Below, piece after piece: positions 10,049 through 19,796 of a DNA stretch of 64,000 bases. Under the pieces are notes generated by a model that saw only the letters and a list, made by a program, of their open reading frames with translations, did not search any database and was not told where the DNA came from. Position 1 is the stretch's first letter; the number at the start of each line of letters is the position of its first letter. The DNA is from Singulisphaera sp. GP187 (GTDB lineage: Bacteria > Planctomycetota > Phycisphaerae > Phycisphaerales > SM1A02), in NCBI GenBank assembly GCA_945862215.1, contig CAMAXY010000001.1, positions 74,564 to 138,563 on the forward strand, in the 5' to 3' direction. Made by a program: the position numbers and the translations under genes.

Positions 10049-11371
10049 CTACTTTTTAAAAAAAAGTAGAAGAAAAAGTAGAGCAGACAAGCAGCTGAGG
10101 CCGACGATCAGACCGATCGCGAGCCCAGATATTCCTTGCGAACTTTTTGTTTGGACCTCGGTTTGGGCTTCGCCTTCAACTTCAGCGGCCATTTTTGAGA
10201 GGTCGACCGTTCGGCTTGCATAATGAAGCGGTTCTCCTGCAAGTGCATGGTCAATATCTTCCATCAGTTCTTCTGCGGTCTGATATCGATCACGCGGAGA
10301 CTTCTTCATCATCATCTCAACAATTTCTGCAGTCGACTGAGAAATTCCACTCACGACTTGGTCGGGCGGAGTCAACTCTTGCGAGAGATGGTTTTGCATG
10401 ACCTGAGTCGGATTGACTCCTTGAAATGGAACTCGCCCAGTCAGCATGTGATAGAAAGTTGCGCCGAGCCCATAAATATCTGCAGGTGGTCCAATGTCAA
10501 CTGCACCGCGAATTTGCTCTGGGCTGATGTAATAAGGCGTTCCAAATGCCTTGTTTTTCTCTGCTTCTGCAGACTTTTTATCGCTGATCGCTCGCGCAAG
10601 GCCCAAGTCAGCCAATTTCGCAACATTTGATTTGGTCATAACGATGTTCTTTGGCTTGATGTCACGGTGAATGAAACCGCGAGCGTGGGCATGTTTCAAA
10701 GCACTCGCAACTTGTCGTGTAATTGTGAGAGCGTCGCGTTCTTTGAGCCGGTTTGCTTTCACAATTCGTTCATAAACAGTCTCGCCGTCGACATATTCCA
10801 TGACGAAATAGTGCTGCTCACCAACTTGTCCGACATCGAATGCGCCAACGATGTTTGGATCTGAAAGTTTCGCAGCAGCGCGTCCTTCTTTATAAAAACG
10901 CTCAATGAAGTTCGCATCGCCGGAATATCGGCGAGGTAGAATTTTGATCGCAACAAGCCGGTCGAGACTTGTTTGCTTTGCCAGATAGACTGAAGCCATC
11001 GCTCCAGCGCCAAGTTTGCGAATCATCTGATATCCAGGAATACGCAGAACAGATTTGTCGCTTTCAGCTTCAGTGCGCAATCGCGCAAGTTGTCGACGAG
11101 TCACGATCTGACCCTCGACAAGTATGTCTACAAATGCTTTCACTTGACCTGCAGGAGTCTTCATGGCGGCAAATGCTGCGTCGACCTCGGCCTGCGTTGC
11201 AAGTCCTTTGTCAACGACAAGTCTTCCAATGACGGAATCTGAAGAGCTTCCACTGCGCGAGCCACCACTTTCGCCACTTGCACTCGCTGCAGAGTCTGAC
11301 GAAGAACTCGCAGGCTGAGCAGGGTCACCCGGAAGAGGCGTATGATTTGATTTTGGTTCTGCTTGGCTCAC
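10049..11371 (-). CDS. serine/threonine protein kinase, C-terminally membrane-anchored
   Basis: Hanks kinase motifs are present: GAGAMASVYLAK, VAIK, HRDIKPKN, DLGLA, GTPYYISPE. The N-terminus is Ser-rich, followed by a GspE-N/MshEN-like segment. There is a C-terminal TM helix (LAIGLIVGLSCLSALLFLLLFF). Confidence 0.85.
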   Translation of the reverse strand: MSQAEPKSNHTPLPGDPAQPASSSSDSAASASGESGGSRSGSSSDSVIGRLVVDKGLATQAEVDAAFAAMKTPAGQVKAFVDILVEGQIVTRRQLARLRTEAESDKSVLRIPGYQMIRKLGAGAMASVYLAKQTSLDRLVAIKILPRRYSGDANFIERFYKEGRAAAKLSDPNIVGAFDVGQVGEQHYFVMEYVDGETVYERIVKANRLKERDALTITRQVASALKHAHARGFIHRDIKPKNIVMTKSNVAKLADLGLARAISDKKSAEAEKNKAFGTPYYISPEQIRGAVDIGPPADIYGLGATFYHMLTGRVPFQGVNPTQVMQNHLSQELTPPDQVVSGISQSTAEIVEMMMKKSPRDRYQTAEELMEDIDHALAGEPLHYASRTVDLSKMAAEVEGEAQTEVQTKSSQGISGLAIGLIVGLSCLSALLFLLLFFKK

Positions 11372-11436
11372 GATGGCTTTGATCCTTGCGAAAAATCCAA
11401 CTGACAGTTTTCACTATACTTCTATTCGTTATTCCT

Positions 11437-12513
11437 ATGCGGACGGTTCCCCGGCGCATCCTCATTGTGCGCCCAAGCGCGTTCGGCGATGTGTGCCGAA
11501 CGGTTCCACTGCTTTGGTCGCTGCGAAAGACCTTTCCAAAGGCTGTTATCGACTGGGTTGTTGAAGACAGGTGGTCTCCTGCAATCCAAGAACATCCAGC
11601 GATTGACGTCGTGGTGAAATTTCCCAAGCGTGAATTCAGATCTTGTTGGCGCAATCCAAAGACTGCAATCAAAACGATTCAATGGTTTTGGCGCCTACGC
11701 CGTGGTCGCTATGACTTGGTGATTGATGCGCAAGGTCTTGCTCGCAGTGGACTGATGTCATTGGTCACCGGAGCAAAGGTGCGTGTTGCCAATCGTTCTG
11801 GTCGCGAATTTTCATGGATTGCTGCGAATCGACGCGTGAATCGAATTGCAGGTTCGCATGTCGTGGATGCGATGTTGCGATTGGTTGTGGAAGTTGGCGC
11901 CATTGCGATTGCAGATATGCGCCTCGTCACTCCAGCGACAGAACTTGTTTGGTGGCACAATGAAGCTGCTCGAAGAAATATCGTCGGTCCGTTCGTCGTC
12001 ATCGCAGCAGGTAACGGATGGGAAGGGAAACGCTGGGTTGCCCAACGTTGGAATGAATTGCTGCGCGAGGTCGCGGACGATTTCTTAAAGTGTGGAATCC
12101 AAGACGTTGTTTGGATTGGCGCTCCCGGAGAAGAAGTTCAAGTCGCAGAGCTTTGCAATGAGGCATCTTCGATCGCGCAGTTGAGATCGCATAATTTGGT
12201 TGGGTTGACAACCGTTGGAGGAACGATGGCGGTGATTCAGAATGCGTCGCTGGTCATTGCGCTCGACTCTGCTCCAGCTCATCTTGCCGTTGGATTTGGT
12301 GTTCCACTTATTGCGCTTTATGGCGCATCTCAACCATCAATAGATGGTCCATATCAATCGCAAATGTGGTGCGCGCATGGAGGTCGAGGCGAAGAACTTG
12401 GAAGGCATGATCATCGAGATCCTCAAAAGGGACGGGAAATGATGGGGCGAATCACGACAGAAGAAGTTGTTGCGCTCGTTCGAAAACGACTTCAAGAACG
12501 GGCAGAATCGTGA
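11437..12513 (+). CDS. glycosyltransferase family 9 (LPS heptosyltransferase-like)
   Basis: RILIVRPSAFGDVCRTVPLL N-terminus and C-terminal LVIALDSAPAHLAVGFGVPLIALYG are typical of GT9. The start is taken at the ATG at 11437 (the track ORF begins at a TTG at 11386). Confidence 0.75.
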   Translation: MRTVPRRILIVRPSAFGDVCRTVPLLWSLRKTFPKAVIDWVVEDRWSPAIQEHPAIDVVVKFPKREFRSCWRNPKTAIKTIQWFWRLRRGRYDLVIDAQGLARSGLMSLVTGAKVRVANRSGREFSWIAANRRVNRIAGSHVVDAMLRLVVEVGAIAIADMRLVTPATELVWWHNEAARRNIVGPFVVIAAGNGWEGKRWVAQRWNELLREVADDFLKCGIQDVVWIGAPGEEVQVAELCNEASSIAQLRSHNLVGLTTVGGTMAVIQNASLVIALDSAPAHLAVGFGVPLIALYGASQPSIDGPYQSQMWCAHGGRGEELGRHDHRDPQKGREMMGRITTEEVVALVRKRLQERAES

Positions 12514-13130
12514 TTGGATCGTTGGTCCTTGCCAGCACAAGCGCGCGTCGTCGTGCAATGTTGGCCGATGCTGGATTTGATGCAGTGTCGATTTCGCCGC
12601 GCCTTGATGATGGTGGACTTGTTGTGCGAGCGGATAATGCGGCGGAAGATTGTTGCGCACTCGCATGGTTCAAAGGAGCGCAAATCACCAACGATCTTGC
12701 ACGCTTGAAATTACATGCGCCTGAAGCGCGACTCATTCTTTCGGCCGATACGGTGTGTGTGCTCAACGGAAATGTCATGGGAAAACCCCGCGATATTGAT
12801 CATGCGCGAAGCATGCTTGAAGCTGCAAGAAATCTAACTCAAAGTGTTGTGACGGGTGTTTGCATCATCGATATTGCAGAAAAGTCCCGCGCGATGTTGG
12901 CGGACTCTGCAGAAGTTCGCTTGGGAGCTTTTTCAGATCGTCAGTTGGAAGATCATCTTCAGCGTGGCGATTGGAGTGGTCGCGCGGGGGGATTCAACCT
13001 TGAAGAACTTGTTGTGGCAGGATGGCCAGTCGAGTGGAGCGGTGATCAATCAACGGTGACTGGTCTTCCAATGAAAATGTTGACGCCCATTCTGACTCGG
13101 ATGCTCGCTCGTATTGGGGTGCGATCGTGA
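12510..13130 (+). CDS. maf: Maf-family nucleotide pyrophosphatase
   Basis: LVLASTSARRRAML N-terminus and an ADTVV-type motif (SADTVCVLNG..MGKP). It overlaps both neighbouring genes by 4 nt. Confidence 0.8.
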   Translation: MIGSLVLASTSARRRAMLADAGFDAVSISPRLDDGGLVVRADNAAEDCCALAWFKGAQITNDLARLKLHAPEARLILSADTVCVLNGNVMGKPRDIDHARSMLEAARNLTQSVVTGVCIIDIAEKSRAMLADSAEVRLGAFSDRQLEDHLQRGDWSGRAGGFNLEELVVAGWPVEWSGDQSTVTGLPMKMLTPILTRMLARIGVRS

Positions 13131-14149
13131 GCAACGACGAACATATTTTTCCAGAATGGTTTTCGCCTGCAGCTCGTATTGCATCGAAGGTGTATGGCGC
13201 GGTGGTTGGCACCCGCAATGCGAGATTTGACAAAGGGGTTGGTGTTCGATCCATTGATCGCCCCGTGATCTCCGTGGGAAATATTGTCGCAGGTGGAACG
13301 GGCAAGAGCCCGATGGTTCGATGGGTTGCCGAGTGGGCGCTCGCGCACAATGTCTTGCCACTCATTGCGCTGCGTGGATATCGCAGCCATCAAGGGAAAT
13401 CCGACGAAGCGATGGAGCATCAAACTGCGTTGCCAAATGTGAAGATCGCAGTTGGCGCGAATCGATTTGCGACGATTACCGCTGCCATTGATCGCGATCC
13501 ATCCATTGGAGTTGTCATTTTGGATGATGGATTTCAACATCGGGAACTGGCGCGAAATCTCGATTTGGTATTGATCGACGCAACATGTTCACGTCTTGAT
13601 GGGGATTTACTTCCACTTGGATGGCTGCGCGAACCGACGAAGAATCTTTCTCGCGCAAGTGGCGTGATCGTTACGCACGCGCAGCGAAGGGATCCTGCGC
13701 TTGATAAAAAGATTCAGTTGGTGCATGGTCGACCAGTGCTCGCATGGTGCGATCATTTCTGGGATGGTTTGGATGTTTGCGCCGGTGATGGATCGAAGAT
13801 CGTGCAAACAAATGAATCACTGCGCGGTCAGCGTCTTTCGGTTTGGGCTGGTATCGCGCGCCCAGAAGCGTTCAGCAATCAGTTGAAAACTTTTGGCGCA
13901 GAGATTGTGCATGTCGCTTCGCTGGGGGATCACGCACATTATGGCGCGACTGCTGTTGCGCGATTGACGCAAGCGGCTCGTGCAGCGGGAGCGACGGCGA
14001 TCGCAACGACTGGCAAGGATTTTGGCAAGATTGCTGCAGATATCAATGAAATGAGCCTTCCATTGATCATTCCAAGGCTTCGATTGAAATTCTGCGAAGG
14101 TGAAAATGCCTTTAGGGATCTTCTCGAGAAGTCTCTGCCGAGGCGGTAG
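13127..14149 (+). CDS. lpxK: tetraacyldisaccharide 4'-kinase
   Basis: P-loop VGNIVAGGTGKSPMV and the ILDDGFQH motif characteristic of LpxK. Confidence 0.85.
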   Translation: MSNDEHIFPEWFSPAARIASKVYGAVVGTRNARFDKGVGVRSIDRPVISVGNIVAGGTGKSPMVRWVAEWALAHNVLPLIALRGYRSHQGKSDEAMEHQTALPNVKIAVGANRFATITAAIDRDPSIGVVILDDGFQHRELARNLDLVLIDATCSRLDGDLLPLGWLREPTKNLSRASGVIVTHAQRRDPALDKKIQLVHGRPVLAWCDHFWDGLDVCAGDGSKIVQTNESLRGQRLSVWAGIARPEAFSNQLKTFGAEIVHVASLGDHAHYGATAVARLTQAARAAGATAIATTGKDFGKIAADINEMSLPLIIPRLRLKFCEGENAFRDLLEKSLPRR

Positions 14150-14159
14150 TCTGTTGCTC

Positions 14160-15692
14160 ATGATTCCGATGGAAGATCGCGTACTTGTTGGACTTCGAGC
14201 CTGGAAGCCTTTTCGCCTTTTGGTGGTGGGGGATTTCATGCTCGATCAATCTCTTGCTGGAGACGCCGAGAGATTGAGCCCCGATGCTCCAGTTCCAGTT
14301 CTCGCTGTGCGAGATCCTCTTGCAACAATTGATACCGCGGGTGGAGCTGGGAATGTTGCCGTCTTCGCTGCGGCAATGGGTGGCACAGTCGAATGCGTCG
14401 GTGTAGTTGGAGATGATCACGAAGGTCGGCTTCTTCGTAAGACAATCGAAAATGGAAACTGCGCAACTGGCGGATTGATTGTCGATTCGAGTCGCCCCAC
14501 GACAACCAAGCGCAGTCTCATTGGACGAGCGCAACATCGACATCCACAGAAAATGTTTCGTATTGATGTCGAATCGCGAGAGCCGCTTTCTGCTGCAATT
14601 CAAGCCAAAGTTTTCGATGCGATCTCTGCACGATTGGGGGCATGCGATGTGGTGTGCATCGAGGATTACACCAAGGGAGTTTGCACTCCCGAACTTTGTG
14701 CAAAATTGATCGAGCTCTGTCGCGCGAAGAAAATTCCTGTGTTGGTCGATCCCGCTGCGATCAGCGACTATTCGCGCTATCGAGGCGCGACGGTGATCAC
14801 GCCCAATCGCTCCGAGGCTGAGAAAGCCACAGGTCGGACGATCGATCCTGCGAATGTCGTCGCAGGATCAATAGAGATGGCGACTTCGTTGTTGAAAAAT
14901 CTTTCGCTCGATGCAGTTGTTGTCACGCTCGATCGATATGGAGCAGTTCTAGAAGTGAAAGGAAATCCTGCGGTCCACCTCCCAACTGTCGTTCGCCAGG
15001 TCTATGACGTCGCTGGCGCGGGCGATATGGTGCTTGCGACTCTCGCAGGCGCGATTGCAAATGGAATGCCGTGGCCGGAAGCAGTGACGCTTGCAAATAT
15101 CGCTGCGGGTATGGAAGTCGAAGTCTTCGGAGTGCGTGCATTCACGATGGCGGAAATTCAAGCGCAGGTCATTCGCATCACGCAGGCATGGATGGGAAAG
15201 ACTCGATCACGAGCAGACCTCTTAGTAGAAATCGCAGCGCATCGTGCCGCAGGTCGAAGCATCGTGCTGACCAACGGTTGCTTTGATGTTCTGCACGCTG
15301 GGCATGTTGGATACTTACGCGAGGCGAAAACTCTCGGGGATATTTTGGTGGTTGGTGTCAACTGCGATCAACAAGTTCGTTCGCTGAAAGGAAATGATCG
15401 CCCAATCTATTGTGAGAAAGATCGGGCGGAACTTCTGGGCGAATTGACCTCTGTTGATTACATCACCATCTTTGAAGAACCTTCAGCGGCGGAATTGTTG
15501 CGCGCGGTGATTCCAGATGTGTATGTCAAGGGAGGGGACTACGAAAGTAAAGAGATCACGGAATCGGCGGTTGTCAAGGAACTTGGCATAAAATTATCTT
15601 TAGTCGCCCATCGTGCTGGCTTATCCACGACTTCTGTGGTGGAACGTGTGCGTGCTCAGTTTGTAAGTGGTGGAAATGTCAAGAGTTCTTGA
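14160..15692 (+). CDS. hldE: bifunctional D-beta-D-heptose 7-phosphate kinase / D-beta-D-heptose 1-phosphate adenylyltransferase
   Basis: N-terminal PfkB-type sugar kinase (VVGDFMLDQ.., DVAGAGDMV) and C-terminal cytidylyltransferase (TNGCFDVLHAGHVGYL). The start was moved to the ATG at 14160, just after the lpxK stop. Confidence 0.85.
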   Translation: MIPMEDRVLVGLRAWKPFRLLVVGDFMLDQSLAGDAERLSPDAPVPVLAVRDPLATIDTAGGAGNVAVFAAAMGGTVECVGVVGDDHEGRLLRKTIENGNCATGGLIVDSSRPTTTKRSLIGRAQHRHPQKMFRIDVESREPLSAAIQAKVFDAISARLGACDVVCIEDYTKGVCTPELCAKLIELCRAKKIPVLVDPAAISDYSRYRGATVITPNRSEAEKATGRTIDPANVVAGSIEMATSLLKNLSLDAVVVTLDRYGAVLEVKGNPAVHLPTVVRQVYDVAGAGDMVLATLAGAIANGMPWPEAVTLANIAAGMEVEVFGVRAFTMAEIQAQVIRITQAWMGKTRSRADLLVEIAAHRAAGRSIVLTNGCFDVLHAGHVGYLREAKTLGDILVVGVNCDQQVRSLKGNDRPIYCEKDRAELLGELTSVDYITIFEEPSAAELLRAVIPDVYVKGGDYESKEITESAVVKELGIKLSLVAHRAGLSTTSVVERVRAQFVSGGNVKSS

Positions 15693-15699
15693 AAACCCC

Positions 15700-15728
15700 T
15701 TGACTCGCTTGGCGAGAGTGAAGATACT
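15700..15728 (+). promoter_or_regulatory. candidate sigma70-type promoter upstream of the HU-like gene
   Basis: TTGACT - 17 nt - GATACT in the 158-bp intergenic region. This is a pattern match only. Confidence 0.3.
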
Positions 15729-15850
15729 AATTGCTGTCATGCAGAAAAGTTTTTCAATTTCAATGAAAACAATTTTTGTGCGACAGGCACATAATAATTT
15801 TTTGTGAATTCATTTGGCTCGTTTGACTTCTTACACTGAAGGCTATTGAA

Positions 15851-16165
15851 ATGTCGACAATTACAAAAAAAGATTTCGTGGATCGAATCTCAGAGAAGAC
15901 TGGCCAGAAGCGTGGCGAAGTCAAGGAAACTATCCAGTTGTTTCTTGATGAAATGATCGATGAATTGACCAATGGAAATCGCTTGGAGTTCCGCGACTTT
16001 GGAGTCTTTGAAGTCCGCGAGCGCGCAGCTCGAATTGCGCAGAACCCAAAGACACTCGAGCAGGTACAAGTTCCAGCTCGCAAGGCTGTGAGATTCAAGA
16101 TCGGCCGACTGATGCGTGAGCGAATTGTCGGCGAATCCCTTACGCAAGAACTCGCGTCGCGCTAA
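15851..16165 (+). CDS. HU/IHF-family DNA-binding protein
   Basis: The 104-aa protein carries the HU/IHF signature (KKDFVDRISE.., FRDFGVFEVRERAARIAQNPKT...V.VPARKAVRFK). Confidence 0.85.
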   Translation: MSTITKKDFVDRISEKTGQKRGEVKETIQLFLDEMIDELTNGNRLEFRDFGVFEVRERAARIAQNPKTLEQVQVPARKAVRFKIGRLMRERIVGESLTQELASR

Positions 16166-17664
16166 TGGCAAAGTCCAACCGTCAGTCCCGCCATTCCGGC
16201 CAAGGCGATTCTGCGCCAAGAGTTGATCCTCAGGAAACCGCACGTCTTCTGAAGGCAATGCCTCCAAATGCGCCCGAAGCTGAAATGGCTTTGCTTGGAA
16301 GCATGTTGGTCGAACCTGGCGTCATAGGTGATGTGGTGGGGATCATTCGTGGGGGAGATGATTTCTTTCTTGATAAGCATCGGACTATTTATACGACGAT
16401 GGTCGAGATTTATGATCGCACAGCATCAGTTGATGTTGTGAGATTGAATCAACAATTGACGGATCGGCAAGTGCTTGATGCGATTGGTGGTTTGGATTAT
16501 CTCGTGCAACTTTCCGAGGCTGTGCCAAGCGCGCAGTTTGCATGCGAGTACGCGAAAACGGTTCGCGATAAAGCAACGCTGCGTCAGTTGATCGATGCGT
16601 CGAGTTTGACTGTCAATGATGCGCATCATTCGGCCGAAGAAGCGCAGATGATCTTGGAGATGGCAGAGCAACGTATTTTTTCGATCGCACAGATGCGGGA
16701 ATCCACGCCATTTGCGCACTTGCCCGATTTATTGCGCGAGACGATGGAGAAACTGGAATCTCGCGACGGATCTGGATTGACTGGACTTGCCTGCGGATTT
16801 GAAGATATCGACGAAATGACTACAGGATTGCAGCGCGGCGAGATGTTGATCGTGGCAGCTCGGCCTTCCATGGGAAAGACTGCGCTTGCTTTGAATTTAA
16901 TGGAAGGCGTCGCACTTGCGGGACAAGCTGTCGCCATGTTCAGTCTTGAAATGGGACGACAGCAACTTGTTCAACGACTTCTCTGTGCGAAAGCTGGCGT
17001 TGACGGACAGCGACTGCGCCGTGGTGTCTTGACTGGTGATGATAATCGCCGTTTGATGATGGCGTGTGATGCTCTTCAATCGTCGAAAATTTTTATTGAT
17101 GACACGCCAGGTTTGACGCTCTTGCAACTTCGTTCCAAGGCCCGAAGAATGAAAGAAAAGTTTGACATTAGTTGCGTGTTTATCGATTATTTGCAGCTGA
17201 TGAGTTCTGGATCGAGAAGCGAAAGCCGGCAGGTGGAAGTCAGCGAAATCAGTCGTGGCATTAAGGCCATGGCTCGTGAACTTGATGTGCCAGTTGTTTG
17301 TCTTTCGCAGTTGAATCGTGCGGCAGAACAGCGCGAAGGTCATCGTCCACGCATGAGCGATTTGCGAGAGTCAGGTTCGATCGAGCAGGACGCTGACGTG
17401 ATCATGATGTTGCACCGTGAGGAGTATTACCACCAAGGCGATGGAGAGTGGTCGGAAGCGAATCTCGATAAAGTTGGAATGGCGGAATTGATTTTCGCGA
17501 AGCAGCGAAACGGACCGACCGGGGTGGTCAAATTAATTTGGGATCAGAATTCGACATGTTTCCGCTCGTATTCGCCGATTTCTGCACCGTCTGGGGTTGA
17601 GTATCGAAGTTTCGAACCTCGGGGCGCACGCTTTGATGGCGGACCCGACGATCTGCCGACGTAA
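16165..17664 (+). CDS. dnaB: replicative DNA helicase
   Basis: DnaB N-terminal domain (PPNAPEAEMALLGSML) and RecA-like C-domain (ARPSMGKTALALN, IDYLQLM, SQLNR, RESGSIEQDAD). Its ATG overlaps the HU stop (TAATG). Confidence 0.9.
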   Translation: MAKSNRQSRHSGQGDSAPRVDPQETARLLKAMPPNAPEAEMALLGSMLVEPGVIGDVVGIIRGGDDFFLDKHRTIYTTMVEIYDRTASVDVVRLNQQLTDRQVLDAIGGLDYLVQLSEAVPSAQFACEYAKTVRDKATLRQLIDASSLTVNDAHHSAEEAQMILEMAEQRIFSIAQMRESTPFAHLPDLLRETMEKLESRDGSGLTGLACGFEDIDEMTTGLQRGEMLIVAARPSMGKTALALNLMEGVALAGQAVAMFSLEMGRQQLVQRLLCAKAGVDGQRLRRGVLTGDDNRRLMMACDALQSSKIFIDDTPGLTLLQLRSKARRMKEKFDISCVFIDYLQLMSSGSRSESRQVEVSEISRGIKAMARELDVPVVCLSQLNRAAEQREGHRPRMSDLRESGSIEQDADVIMMLHREEYYHQGDGEWSEANLDKVGMAELIFAKQRNGPTGVVKLIWDQNSTCFRSYSPISAPSGVEYRSFEPRGARFDGGPDDLPT

Positions 17665-17736
17665 GTTTCGTACGCTGGGGGTTCATGCTTTGATTTTTCT
17701 CCTTCTCAACTGCGATAACCGTAGACTGCGCTTTCA

Positions 17737-18309
17737 ATGACAAATGGTCAGGACGACCGAATTGCGAAGTGGTTGGTAGATGCCGCACGTGGCGATCAGA
17801 ACGCCTGGCGAGCGATCGTGTCGGAGTTTTCTCCGCGCATTTTCGGACTTCTGAGGGCGCAATGCAGAGATGCAGATCTCGCTGAAGAATTGACGCAATC
17901 CGTTTTCGTCACACTGGCAGAAAAATTGGCGGAATACACCGAGCAAGGTCAATTTGAATCTTGGATTTTTCGAGTTGCCATAAATCGCCTTCGCGATGAA
18001 ATGCGCAGGAGAACGCGGCACGCAAAGCCGATGGCTCAAGAGACGCTGTCCGAAATCGAGGGAGGGGCGGACGGTGGTGGTTATAGGACTATAGAGCCTG
18101 ATCAGATTCTGGCCCTTGAGCGTGCAATGGACGAATTGTCGACCGCCGACCGTGAAATCGTGGATTTACGGCATACGGCAGGGCTGAGCTTTAAGCAGAT
18201 TGCGTCTTTGCTTGAAGAGCCCGTCGGCACGCTTTTGGCAAGGCATCACCGTGCGCTCGCTCGGCTTCGTGAAACGATAGAGCGAATTCAAAAAAGAGGG
18301 TCCAAATGA
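17737..18309 (+). CDS. ECF-type RNA polymerase sigma factor
   Basis: Sigma-70 region 2 (ELTQSVFVTLAEKL.., WIFRVAINRLRDEMR) and region 4 (DREIVDLRHTAGLSFKQIASLLEEPVGTLLARHHRALARLR). Confidence 0.85.
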   Translation: MTNGQDDRIAKWLVDAARGDQNAWRAIVSEFSPRIFGLLRAQCRDADLAEELTQSVFVTLAEKLAEYTEQGQFESWIFRVAINRLRDEMRRRTRHAKPMAQETLSEIEGGADGGGYRTIEPDQILALERAMDELSTADREIVDLRHTAGLSFKQIASLLEEPVGTLLARHHRALARLRETIERIQKRGSK

Positions 18310-18349
18310 TGCAATTGATGAGAGGACGGGGCGTTGACCTGACAGCATT

Positions 18350-18901
18350 ATGAGTGATTTCACATCCAATTTTAATCCCGACTTCGATGGTTCCTCGGCA
18401 ACGCCTGCTGATGCCGAACTTCATTCGATGTTGAATGCTCGGGGTCAGCTCATGCGAGATCGCAGCGGCATGAGCGAGCGCGTGACACGCGCCACGCTTC
18501 CAATGATTGCGTCTGGTGTGAATGCTTCTGGTTTGAATACTTCTGGCAAGTCTTTCAATTTCATCGCTGCACGCGAGCGTCGCATCCGATGGAGAGTTGG
18601 ATTTGCAGTCGCTGCATCTTTGGTCGCGGCATTTGTGATCGCAAATTTGACTGCGAATCGAAATGGAAGTGAGGCGGCACCAACATTGGATGTTGTTCTC
18701 TCTACAGATCAAGGCGGAACTGTGGCGGAACCTGTTCTTGTTTCGCTGCTTGCTGGAAGCGAAATGATTTCTTCGGATGGAACAAGTGAATTTATAATTG
18801 ATGAAGCGAGAGCCATGCCGATACTTCGAACACGAGATGCATCATTTGGAGATCTAAATTCTGAAGTGAATTTGATACTTGCTTCGGCGTTGACGCAGTG
18901 A
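18350..18901 (+). CDS. putative anti-sigma factor (single-pass membrane protein)
   Basis: The call rests on position immediately downstream of the ECF sigma gene and a single central TM helix (VGFAVAASLVAAFVIANL). No recognisable motif otherwise. Confidence 0.4.
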   Translation: MSDFTSNFNPDFDGSSATPADAELHSMLNARGQLMRDRSGMSERVTRATLPMIASGVNASGLNTSGKSFNFIAARERRIRWRVGFAVAASLVAAFVIANLTANRNGSEAAPTLDVVLSTDQGGTVAEPVLVSLLAGSEMISSDGTSEFIIDEARAMPILRTRDASFGDLNSEVNLILASALTQ

Positions 18902-18968
18902 TTTGCGAAGAAATTTGATTCATAGTTATTCTATATTTCAAAAAGCGGATCTAAAAATCATAAACACA

Positions 18969-19739
18969 ATGCCGAGTCTTTCAATAATCATGCTGACGAG
19001 TGTTTGTTCTTTGGCATCATCTGTAGATGCGCACGTCAGGTTCGCCTCGGCCGATGAGGCTTCTGCCGCAGGAATTGCAGCGGTTTCTGGGGAGAATGGC
19101 TCAAGCGCACGCAATAATTCTCGAGCAGAAGGGCAATCTCGAGCAGGAGGTCCCGATGCAGACGCATTGATTTCCGTCGCCCGCGATGTGTCGCCCGAGT
19201 GGGCAAAGACTCTCGAGAGTGCACGGGCAAAGGGTCCTGAAGTTTTTCGAGCCGCTGCAGCAAAGTTAGGCAAGCGCCTTTCTTCGCTTGCTGTTCTGCG
19301 TGAACACAAGCCAGCGTTATATGCCCTGCGCGTGGAAGAATTGAAAGTACAAGGTCAACTTGACGGAATAGGTCCGCAGTGGATCAGTGCGCGAATGGGG
19401 AATCGTGCGGAAGAGGCAGTACAACTTGAGACGCAGATTCGCGGACTTGCTGGAACGTTGGTTGATCTCAATTTGCGTTCCCGTGCGATGGAATTGGCAG
19501 AGATCGACGCGGTCATGCGCACGATGCGCGCCGATTTGCAACGCGATGCAAGTGACCGAAACGAAACAGTCGAGCGAATGGTCGTGGCGGTTCGAGATGG
19601 AACTGGCGAACTGATTCTTGGCGGCCGATCGCCAGTAGATGCTTCTGCTTCATCAGCGTCAAAGACCGCAACGCCGGTGAAGACCACTGCGCCTGCAGCC
19701 ACCACTGCGCCCGCAGCCACAGCGCCTGCAGCCCCATAG
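18969..19739 (+). CDS. secreted alpha-helical protein of unknown function with Thr/Ala/Pro-rich tail
   Basis: Signal peptide MPSLSIIMLTSVCSLASSVDA when started at the ATG at 18969. The body is charged and helical. The C-terminus is TTAPAATTAPAATAPAAP, encoded by roughly 18-nt tandem repeats. Confidence 0.4.
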   Translation: MPSLSIIMLTSVCSLASSVDAHVRFASADEASAAGIAAVSGENGSSARNNSRAEGQSRAGGPDADALISVARDVSPEWAKTLESARAKGPEVFRAAAAKLGKRLSSLAVLREHKPALYALRVEELKVQGQLDGIGPQWISARMGNRAEEAVQLETQIRGLAGTLVDLNLRSRAMELAEIDAVMRTMRADLQRDASDRNETVERMVVAVRDGTGELILGGRSPVDASASSASKTATPVKTTAPAATTAPAATAPAAP

Positions 19740-19796
19740 AATCTAAAAGATGCTCATTTGGGAACTGCACATCATGTCGCGGGACAAACGCGTACG

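Noticed and set aside
10049-11371. Ser/Thr kinase as part of a defence or toxin module
   Set aside because: It is a stand-alone Hanks kinase with a membrane anchor. It is flanked by ridA and LPS genes and has no partner phosphatase, FHA, ATPase or nuclease genes. Such kinases are abundant in Planctomycetota.
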